Source: Puniceicoccaceae bacterium
GTDB lineage: Bacteria; Verrucomicrobiota; Verrucomicrobiia; Opitutales; Oceanipulchritudinaceae
DNA: 64,000 nt
Assembly (NCBI GenBank): GCA_040830765.1
Contig: JBFOMH010000026.1
Span: forward strand, 32,001-96,000
Reading direction: 5' to 3'
The translations under genes and the position numbers were made by a program. Below the pieces are notes generated by a model. That model saw nothing but the letters and a program-made list of their open reading frames with translations, made no database searches and was not told the origin of the DNA. Positions 56,502 through 64,000 of the stretch are shown piece by piece. The first letter of the stretch is position 1; each line of letters begins with the position of its first letter.

Positions 56502-57863
56502 TCAATCACCGGGTTCATTTGCCTCCGCCTTCAGGGCCATATCCAGTCGTTCGTTCAACTCGACTCGAGCCTGTGCCAGTACCCGCTGGGCATCCGGGTT
56601 GGGCGTGACCAAGGCCAGCTCCTCGACCAGCGTCAGTTGCTGACGTACCTGTTCAGCCGTGAGCATGCCACCCGCTGGTGCATAGAAGAAGTTCTGGTTG
56701 TTGAGGTTGATGTGGGATACGCCCGTATTTACCTCCACCAGCGAGGGCAGCTCATCATTGAAGACCGAATCCAGGACTTGTGCCTGGTCTCCGGCGAGCG
56801 GTCGCGTCAAATAGGGCCAGTGGTTCGCCGGAATCTGATTTTCCTGAGCCTGTTCAATGAGTGCCTCCCGGGCATCAGGATTCGCCACAGCCATCTGGGC
56901 CAGCATCTGGAGGGCCTGCAACCGGGCTGGACCCGAGCTGCCGTTCGGTTGGGCCTGGGCCAGTTCGATCAGGGAGGGAACACCTGCTCCTTCAGGCAAG
57001 TTGCCCAACGTCAAGGTGGCATAATAGCTCCAGTAGGACGCGGAATTTTGCAGATCGCCAACGATCGCAGTGCCGCCGTATCGTTCCAGCACTTCAAAGA
57101 GTGGAGCAACATCATAGCCTTCCAATTGCTGTTCAACCGCCATGGCCAGTGATTCGCGGGCGGCCTCTACTGCCTTGGCACGATATTGGTCGGGAGCAAT
57201 CGCTTCCAGCATAGCCGCCAGCCAGGCGATCTCCCTGGGGGAGGCTGTGGTCTGCAATACGTTGCCCAGGACCCCGATCGCCTCCGGACCGCCAATCCAG
57301 GCCAAAGCATCGAATACCGCTACCCGGGTCGATTCGTACCCAAGCGCGGCCATCGTTGCCTCATCAAAATGCTGGTCCTGGTAGGAGTTCAGCAACTGCG
57401 CCAAGGCGGGCACCGATGCGATCCCTCCACGGACCAGACTCTCGAATGTCTGCTTCCACACGCCGGCATTTTCTCCGGTCACCGGGCCGGTCTCCGCCAG
57501 GCTCCAGAGGGTCCCCACCATTTGTTGCGACTCCGGCGAAGGCGGTGGCAGATAAGGCGCTTCAATGAGCGGAGGGGGCGGGGTGGTGGAAATCGACGAA
57601 GGTGCTGCCGTGACTTGATCCGGAGAAAAGGATCCCCCCTCTGCGATCGTGGTCTCCGGAAGGACCGACTCTGTTACGCGTGGCTGCTCAGTATCGCGCG
57701 CAATGGTGGATTCCGCTTCCGAACGCTTGCTGCACCCGACGGCAAGGGTAAGATACCCGCAACTCACGGCCATGATGGCATAAACCAATCCACGACTGGC
57801 ATTCCGCCTTGGTGCCTGATCTATGGCCTGGTGTCGTGATATGTGAGTTGGAGCAATCATCAA
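56502..57863 (-). CDS. Hypothetical lipoprotein with Pro-rich linker and HEAT-like helical repeats
   Basis: Lipobox-like LAVGC, Pro/Ser/Thr-rich linker, repeated VPALAQLL / ALAWIGGPEAIGVL / GVPSLIELA helices. Confidence 0.7.
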   Translation of the reverse strand: MMIAPTHISRHQAIDQAPRRNASRGLVYAIMAVSCGYLTLAVGCSKRSEAESTIARDTEQPRVTESVLPETTIAEGGSFSPDQVTAAPSSISTTPPPPLIEAPYLPPPSPESQQMVGTLWSLAETGPVTGENAGVWKQTFESLVRGGIASVPALAQLLNSYQDQHFDEATMAALGYESTRVAVFDALAWIGGPEAIGVLGNVLQTTASPREIAWLAAMLEAIAPDQYRAKAVEAARESLAMAVEQQLEGYDVAPLFEVLERYGGTAIVGDLQNSASYWSYYATLTLGNLPEGAGVPSLIELAQAQPNGSSGPARLQALQMLAQMAVANPDAREALIEQAQENQIPANHWPYLTRPLAGDQAQVLDSVFNDELPSLVEVNTGVSHINLNNQNFFYAPAGGMLTAEQVRQQLTLVEELALVTPNPDAQRVLAQARVELNERLDMALKAEANEPGD

Positions 57864-57980
57864 TTAATAGTCGAAGAGACTGGCACGATAGGAGGATGGC
57901 TTAATTCAGTGTCACCGGGTCTCCTAGGCGTACCGGTCCGGAGGCCATGACCACCGTGCACACCCACCAATACAGGGAAT

Positions 57981-58715
57981 CTACTCCAACAGGTTGGCCT
58001 CTACAATGTTTTTTGCGAAGGCATGGTAGACCGCCTGGAATTCCTTGGCCATTTCGTCCGGGAAACTGTGGAACTCGCCAGCTTCCAGGTTTTCGATAAT
58101 GCTATCTGAAACGACCGAAACCGGTGGGGCATCTTCGAAACCGATGGACTTTGCCATGTCGGTGGCAATGGGGCCAGGATGCACACTGAGGACGCGAACG
58201 CCCTTGGCCTCGAATTCGTTCCTCAGTCCCTGCGTCAATGAATAGGCGGCCGCCTTGGAGATACAATAAGTCGACAAGCCGGTGAAGTTCTTGAAGGAAG
58301 CCAGTGAATTCAACTGAACCAGGATGCCCTTGTTTTTCACCAGGATATCCGCGAATGCATGGGCGACACGGAGCAGGCCAAAGACATTTACATCCAGTTC
58401 CTGCTCCAGTTTTTCCCAGGTGTCGGGTTCCAACATGGTGCTGGGCAGTAAAATCCCCGCATTGTTGACCACGATGTCGACATCCGGTGCCAGTTCCGCC
58501 AACCGGTTGATGGACTCGGTATCCGTCATGTCAGCCTGGAGCGTAACGACCTTGTCCCCGTATTGTGTTTCCAGCTCGCTGGTGGAATCCGGATTGCGCA
58601 CCGCAAGGTATATCTTGCGGGCACCGTGCTCAATAAAGGTATCGACAATTGATTTTCCGATTCCGCGATTCGCCCCCGTAATAATCGCTACCTTGTCCTT
58701 GATGATTTCGCTCAT
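57981..58715 (-). CDS. Short-chain dehydrogenase/reductase
   Basis: TGANRGIG, VNNAG, YCISK, VHPGPIATDM; AGGAG upstream of ATG 58715. Confidence 0.92.
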   Translation of the reverse strand: MSEIIKDKVAIITGANRGIGKSIVDTFIEHGARKIYLAVRNPDSTSELETQYGDKVVTLQADMTDTESINRLAELAPDVDIVVNNAGILLPSTMLEPDTWEKLEQELDVNVFGLLRVAHAFADILVKNKGILVQLNSLASFKNFTGLSTYCISKAAAYSLTQGLRNEFEAKGVRVLSVHPGPIATDMAKSIGFEDAPPVSVVSDSIIENLEAGEFHSFPDEMAKEFQAVYHAFAKNIVEANLLE

Positions 58716-59018
58716 GGTTCTCCTGTTTGATTGTTCTGCTTTTAGAGGATTGTGTGAGGTAAGGGGAAGCAAGAATCAGCGATTGGCAAATCCGGCCCGG
58801 AAAAAGGAGCGCCAGGCCTTGGAATCCTTGCCGTTTGCCCCGTATCGCAGAGGCAGCCCATCACTGGACCCGTAGTAACGGTGTTATTGGGTCCCGCTCC
58901 CATCTAATCGCTTCCGGGAGGGGAAACAGTCCGGATTTCTGACGGTCTGAATTAATAGGACCTTACCTGGTTGAGGATTCAACGTAGTTGTCTAAGTCGC
59001 AACTTCTACCCCAACCCC

Positions 59019-60812
59019 ATGAAAACCATCTTTGGCATAAGCGCGGATACCCTGGAGCAATTTGAGGAGGCTGCGCAGCGATCGACTGAATGCGGCGCGA
59101 CGCACCTTCTTGTAACGGAGGATCTCCCGGTCGCGCAGTGGCAATTTGACTCGCCGGGGGATCCGTATCCCGCGTGGTATGCCTTCCAGCCGGGACTGCT
59201 GAAAACCTTTCCGCCGGAAGACATCCATCCGTACATTAACCTGGATCACGCTAAGCGGGTTGGGGAAATCCTGGAACAGCGCTGTGAGATTCTGCGCCGG
59301 TACAATCTGCGTGGGGTGTACCACACAACCGAACCGCAGGTCCTGCCGGAGGAGCTGTATCTGGCCCATCCGCAATGGCGGGGACCGCGGGTGGATCAGC
59401 CGAACCGTTCGCGTACGGCCCGCTTTGCCCCCTGTGTCGGGCATCCGGAGGTCCTCAGGTTGTACTCCGAATCGGTCTCCCGCCTCCTCAGGAGATGCCC
59501 CGAGATCGACACCTTCCTGTTTCTGACCATTGATTCCGGATCCGGCTTCTGCTGGGCACCCTCCCTCTATCCGGGGGCGAATGGGTGCAGTTGCTGTTCG
59601 GAAGCAGACCTTGAGGACAGGGCAGTGGGATTCCTTAATATCCTCGCTGACAGCGCCAGGCAGGAGGGGACTGAGCTGGAAATTGATTTGGTTGAAATTG
59701 AGCCACGATCCTGGATGCGAAAAACCTTCCGCAATCCGGAAAGGCTGGCGACCCGTCTGCCTGCAGGCCTTTCCATCAATCATTGCGAGGGGCCCGACGG
59801 GAACCCCTTTGCTTCCGAGCGCTTCAGTAACCTTTTCTTCAATGCCTTTTATCCGGTAGTGGGATTGCCCCGCCCGTTGAATTTCCTCAAAAAGCTAATC
59901 CACACTGAGACAAAGGGAGCCAAGCGGGCGATCCTGAGTTTCAATGACGGGTTGAACACGGATCTCAATGCTTCCTTGTACCAGGCGTTCCAGAAGGATC
60001 CGGCGCGGAATACCCGCGAGGCAATGCAGTTACTCCATGCCGTGGCCGGGGAAATCTATGACCCGGAATCGGCCGATACGGTGTTTGATATCTGGTCGGC
60101 AATTGATGATGCGGAGCAGCAGCTGGCGTCGCTCGATTTTGGGCCATTTGTCCTCATGGGTGGGCTCTTGGCCAGATGGATAACCCGTCCCTTTGTTCCC
60201 TTTCCGGAGGAACTCGGCGAAAGTGAGCGTGGGTCCTTCTTCCCCTACCTGTTTCAGGCAAGGGATGAGAATTCTGCTTTAAACCTCGTCGATATACAGG
60301 CGATGCGGATGTTTGAAGGGTGGGGTGCCCGGTTGCTGGTCGAGCAGTCGGTGGAGGCAACGTTTGGTCATCTAAACCGGGCCCGCGCTGCAGCAGAATC
60401 AATGGGATCATCATACCCGTCAGAATCAGCATTGATGATTGCCCGTCTGTATCTTCTGACCTGTTTCCTGCGTACTGGCCGCAATGCAGTTGCCTACCAG
60501 GCACAGCTGGACCGGTTGAAAGCTGCCATGGCAGAGGAAGAGATTCAACCGCCTCCGCCACTGGGAGCATCTGCTTCCTGGGACTGCCGTGATCTGGTGA
60601 ATATCGCTCGCGCTGAGATCGATAACACGGCTGAAACCCTTGAGATAATCAAGAAAAACGGCTGCGCGGCAGTGGATATGGCACCGGAGGGAATTCCGGA
60701 ATCCATCATGCGATTCTCCAACGACCTCATTTCCCATCTTGAGGCAAAGATTTCCATCATGAATGCCAAGTGGATGGATTATGCCCGACTTTCCCCTCCA
60801 GCTAATCCTTGA
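59019..60812 (+). CDS. Hypothetical cytoplasmic protein, possibly a glycoside-hydrolase-like TIM barrel
   Basis: Long ORF without signal peptide heading the rhaT cluster; HPQWRGPRVD, FAPCV, TIDSGSGFCW, LYPGANG; family not recognised. Confidence 0.7.
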   Translation: MKTIFGISADTLEQFEEAAQRSTECGATHLLVTEDLPVAQWQFDSPGDPYPAWYAFQPGLLKTFPPEDIHPYINLDHAKRVGEILEQRCEILRRYNLRGVYHTTEPQVLPEELYLAHPQWRGPRVDQPNRSRTARFAPCVGHPEVLRLYSESVSRLLRRCPEIDTFLFLTIDSGSGFCWAPSLYPGANGCSCCSEADLEDRAVGFLNILADSARQEGTELEIDLVEIEPRSWMRKTFRNPERLATRLPAGLSINHCEGPDGNPFASERFSNLFFNAFYPVVGLPRPLNFLKKLIHTETKGAKRAILSFNDGLNTDLNASLYQAFQKDPARNTREAMQLLHAVAGEIYDPESADTVFDIWSAIDDAEQQLASLDFGPFVLMGGLLARWITRPFVPFPEELGESERGSFFPYLFQARDENSALNLVDIQAMRMFEGWGARLLVEQSVEATFGHLNRARAAAESMGSSYPSESALMIARLYLLTCFLRTGRNAVAYQAQLDRLKAAMAEEEIQPPPPLGASASWDCRDLVNIARAEIDNTAETLEIIKKNGCAAVDMAPEGIPESIMRFSNDLISHLEAKISIMNAKWMDYARLSPPANP

Positions 60813-60854
60813 TAGGAATAGCCTTGCACCCACGTTAATTGTAATACTCCCAAC

Positions 60855-61898
60855 ATGGTTTTCTTCGGCGTCATCCTTCATGCAATCGGCGGTTTTGCGG
60901 CCGGCAGTTTTTATCTGCCCTTAAAGCGCATCAAGGACTGGTCATGGGAGAGCGGCTGGTTGTTCAACGGATTCTTCTCATGGATCGTTGCTCCACTGGT
61001 TGTTGGATTCCTGACGGTACCCTATCTCTTTGACACCCTCTTCAGTGCTCCGGCAGCTTCCCTGATCTGGACCTTCTCATTCGGGGTGTTATGGGGAATA
61101 GGCGGACTGACCTTCGGCCTGTCGGTCCGTTATCTCGGCATGTCGCTCGGATACGCAGTCGTCCTTGGATTTTGTGCGGCATTCGGAACCCTGATACCGG
61201 CGATTTATGACGGCAGGATCGTTGAATTACTGACGACGCTGCCCGGATGGGTCGTGATGGCCGGGATCCTCGTTTGTCTACTGGGAATTGGCCTCTGCGG
61301 CTATGCCGGACATGTCAAGGAACTGGGGATGACCCGGGAAGAGGAGGAAAAGCAGGAATTCCATGTCGGCAAGGGTTTGCTGGTGGCAGGTTTTTCGGGG
61401 GTGATGAGCGCCTGTATGGCGTTTGCCTTTGCGGCGGGCAAACCGATAGCCGAGTCGGCGGTCGAGCACGGGACGGATCCGCTTTGGGTCAACAGCGCGG
61501 TGCTGGTAGTTATCCTCCTTGGTGGCTTCGTCACAAATCTGGCCTGGTGCGTATTCCTGATGACCAAAAACCGTAATTGGAGTGATTACTCGAATAGGAG
61601 TACCCCGTTGCTGAAGAATTACAGCTTCGCGGCAATTGCCGGAGTTACCTGGTATCTCCAGTTCATGTTTTACGGAATGGGATCCACGAAGATGGGGGAG
61701 TACGATTTCACCAGCTGGACCTTGCACATGTCCTTCATCATCATTACCAGTAATTTATGGAGCCTTTATCTGAAGGAGTGGAAAGGGACCGGGAGGAAAG
61801 CGACGAGAGTGCTGGTGAGTGGAATATTGGTGATTGGGCTTTCAACCGTTCTCATCGGCCTCGGCAATTATCTCCAGGCTGCTACCGCCAGCCATTGA
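60855..61898 (+). CDS. rhaT: L-rhamnose/proton symporter family transporter
   Basis: HAIGGFAAGSFYLP, WSWESGW, WGIGGLTFGLSVRYLGMSLG, WYLQFMFYGMG, SWTLHM, LKEWKG. Confidence 0.92.
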   Translation: MVFFGVILHAIGGFAAGSFYLPLKRIKDWSWESGWLFNGFFSWIVAPLVVGFLTVPYLFDTLFSAPAASLIWTFSFGVLWGIGGLTFGLSVRYLGMSLGYAVVLGFCAAFGTLIPAIYDGRIVELLTTLPGWVVMAGILVCLLGIGLCGYAGHVKELGMTREEEEKQEFHVGKGLLVAGFSGVMSACMAFAFAAGKPIAESAVEHGTDPLWVNSAVLVVILLGGFVTNLAWCVFLMTKNRNWSDYSNRSTPLLKNYSFAAIAGVTWYLQFMFYGMGSTKMGEYDFTSWTLHMSFIIITSNLWSLYLKEWKGTGRKATRVLVSGILVIGLSTVLIGLGNYLQAATASH

Positions 61899-61931
61899 AT
61901 TTCAGAATATAAGCAGAAGGAAAACCTCATT

Positions 61932-63338
61932 ATGAAAACAGGAATTTTCTCAATTGGACTGGATTCCTACTGGCCGCAGTTTGACGGGTTAAGGGACAAC
62001 CTGAATGGGTATCATGTCGAGATTCGCGATCGTATTTCGGCAATGGGCGTCGAGATGGTGGATGCCGGCATGGTCGACAATGTCGAGCGGGCGCATGAGG
62101 CTGCGGCCCTTTTCAAGCGTGAAGACGTTGACCTGATATTCCTGTTTATCTCCACTTATGCCCTCTCGTCGACCGTATTGCCGGTCGTGCAGAAGACCAA
62201 GGTTCCGGTGGTAATGCTCAACCTGCAGCCTGTCGCGCAGCTGGACTATGAAAAGTTCAATACAATCGGCGATCGGGGCACGATGACGGGTATCTGGCTG
62301 GAGCATTGCCAGTCCTGCAGTGTCCCGGAGCTGGCTTGTGTCTTCAACCGGGCGGGAATCGACTACCATGTGGTAACCGGTTACCTGCAGGAAACGGAGG
62401 CCTGGGATGAGATTGAGGACTGGGTGGATGCCGCCAAGGTTGTCGTCGGCATGAGGGAAAACCGGGTCGGTGTGCTGGGACACTATTATTGTGGAATGCT
62501 CGATGTATATTCCGACCTGACGCAGCAGTCGGCAGCCTTCGGCAATCACTTCGAGATCGTGGAAATGTGCGAGGTCTCTGACCTGCGGAAAGCGGTCACG
62601 GATGATGAGGTCGCGCAAAAAGTAGCGGAATTCAATGACAAATTCGATGTGTCGGAAGAATGTGAGCAGGCCGAGATAGAACGCGCCGCGAAGACCTCAG
62701 TAGCCCTGGATAAACTGGTTGAGAAGCACGACCTTGGCTCGATGGCATATTACTATGAGGGTAGCGGCGAATATGAGAACATCGTTACCTCCGTCATAGC
62801 CGGCAATACCCTGCTGACGGGACGGAATGTTCCGGTGGCGGGTGAATGTGAAATAAAGAACGTCCAGGCCATGAAGATTATGGATCTGTTTGGGGTGGGC
62901 GGCTCTTTTTCGGAATTCTACCTCTCCGATTTCAAGGATGATGTGCTGTACCTTGGCCATGATGGCCCCGCCCACTTTGCCATCGCCGAAGGACGGGTCG
63001 GCCTGGTCCCGCTGCCGGTCTATCATGGCAAACCGGGCAAGGGGCTCTCCATTCAAATGACAGTACAGCATGGTCCGGTCACCCTGCTATCGGTGGTTCA
63101 AAAAGGGGATGGTTCGGTCCTCCTGCAAGTTGCGGAGGGGGAATCCGTTCCCGGCCCCATCATGCAGATCGGCAATACCAACAGCCGCTACAAATTCAGT
63201 ATTGGGGCCAAGGCCTTCATGAATGACTGGTCAAAAGGGGGTCCTTCCCACCATTGTGCAATCGGGGTGGGGCATATCGCCGGCAAGGTTGAGAAGCTGG
63301 GCGAGCTCCTTGGGTTGGATGTTAACCGAATCTGTTGA
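61932..63338 (+). CDS. L-arabinose/L-fucose isomerase family protein, substrate uncertain
   Basis: GLDSYWPQF, VAGECE, GGSFSEFY, LGHDGP, IGNTNSR, GPSHHCAIG metal-binding pattern of the FucI/AraA superfamily. Confidence 0.85.
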   Translation: MKTGIFSIGLDSYWPQFDGLRDNLNGYHVEIRDRISAMGVEMVDAGMVDNVERAHEAAALFKREDVDLIFLFISTYALSSTVLPVVQKTKVPVVMLNLQPVAQLDYEKFNTIGDRGTMTGIWLEHCQSCSVPELACVFNRAGIDYHVVTGYLQETEAWDEIEDWVDAAKVVVGMRENRVGVLGHYYCGMLDVYSDLTQQSAAFGNHFEIVEMCEVSDLRKAVTDDEVAQKVAEFNDKFDVSEECEQAEIERAAKTSVALDKLVEKHDLGSMAYYYEGSGEYENIVTSVIAGNTLLTGRNVPVAGECEIKNVQAMKIMDLFGVGGSFSEFYLSDFKDDVLYLGHDGPAHFAIAEGRVGLVPLPVYHGKPGKGLSIQMTVQHGPVTLLSVVQKGDGSVLLQVAEGESVPGPIMQIGNTNSRYKFSIGAKAFMNDWSKGGPSHHCAIGVGHIAGKVEKLGELLGLDVNRIC

Positions 63339-63366
63339 AGCTAAATTAGTCCCTGAGGAAAGTTAC

Positions 63367-64000
63367 ATGAAAACCGCACTTCTACGCCGTATCATCGGGC
63401 TTTCACTAACCTGCTGCGGTCTTCTGGCGGTGCCGTTGTTGGCGCTCGATCGTCCGGGGCGGGAATTCAAGATCTACCAGTTTCCCGCGGCTGCGATTCC
63501 CCGCATCGACGGTAATGACGATGACTGGTCCATGGTGCCGGAGAGCTACGAGATCGGGACCAGTGAACTCTGGGACAGCACGGGCAAAATTGAAGGTATC
63601 CAGCCGGAAAGCCTGGATGTGCGCGTTCGCGTGGGCTGGGTCAAGGGCATGAACCGCCTTTATTTCCTCTATGAGGCCTATGACGACTATTGGGATTTTT
63701 CCCGTCCCGGCCTGAGAAATGACACCTTCGAGGTTGTTGTCGACGGAGACCTCTCCGGAGGACCCTTTGTCGATAAATTCCGGATCAATGAAGACATCCT
63801 CAGCAGGGAGGAGGCATATTTCACGATTCACTCCGTGCACGCGCAGAATTATCATATCTTCACGCCCGCCCGGGAGAAGTCATGGGCCATGTTCTGGGGG
63901 ATCCAGCAATGGCTGAAATCGCTCCCTTATTCAAATGTCGTTTACCGATACGACTTTGAACCGGGGGAGAGCGGACGGTTGACCATGGAGTTTTATATCA
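63367..64000 (+). CDS. Secreted DOMON/CBM9-like protein, 3'-truncated (absent from the ORF track)
   Basis: Manual translation MKTALLRRIIGLSLTCCGLLAVPLLA-LDRPGREFKIYQFP...PRIDGNDDDW...VRVGWVKGMNRLYFLYEAYDD...NDTFEVVVDGD; no stop seen before the window end. Confidence 0.8.
   Translation, partial: MKTALLRRIIGLSLTCCGLLAVPLLALDRPGREFKIYQFPAAAIPRIDGNDDDWSMVPESYEIGTSELWDSTGKIEGIQPESLDVRVRVGWVKGMNRLYFLYEAYDDYWDFSRPGLRNDTFEVVVDGDLSGGPFVDKFRINEDILSREEAYFTIHSVHAQNYHIFTPAREKSWAMFWGIQQWLKSLPYSNVVYRYDFEPGESGRLTMEFYI

Noticed and set aside
61932..63338. araA, fucI or rhaA gene symbol
   Set aside because: Only superfamily-level motifs are recognisable; the substrate cannot be assigned from the sequence.
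63406..63855. 149-aa minus-strand ORF at the window end
   Set aside because: It is the shadow of the plus-strand secreted protein starting at 63367.

Overview
Gene-dense, GC-rich bacterial chromosomal segment with about 42 CDS. I found no rRNA, tRNA, CRISPR array, integrase or transposase. Protein architectures (Opitutus-type TonB-dependent receptor, S-x-[DN]-L-x-x-W...FFRI terminal domains, Trp-rich terminal modules, C-rich non-Shine-Dalgarno leaders) suggest Verrucomicrobiota, probably Opitutales/Puniceicoccaceae; this is inference, not a database result. The window is dominated by carbohydrate foraging: GH13, GH3, GH2, GH16, PL1, a DUF4955-like beta-helix protein, a TonB receptor, RhaT and a sugar isomerase. 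It also holds a three-gene lysine catabolic operon (lysine 6-dehydrogenase-like, AmaB, HglS), ybbAP/tesA, acr3, amn, a Tat-exported PepE and a three-kinase phosphorelay that includes a probable pseudokinase. Best candidates for undescribed biology: (1) a MocD-like membrane di-iron oxygenase heading a lactonase/dehydrogenase operon next to a TonB receptor, possibly for O-demethylation and catabolism of a methylated sugar; (2) two modular putative sorting/anchoring domains shared by seven unrelated secreted proteins, each with one copy in an atypical position; (3) a RhaT/isomerase cluster with two uncharacterised enzymes. All family assignments come from motif recognition by eye. Several start codons were moved downstream of the ORF-track starts.
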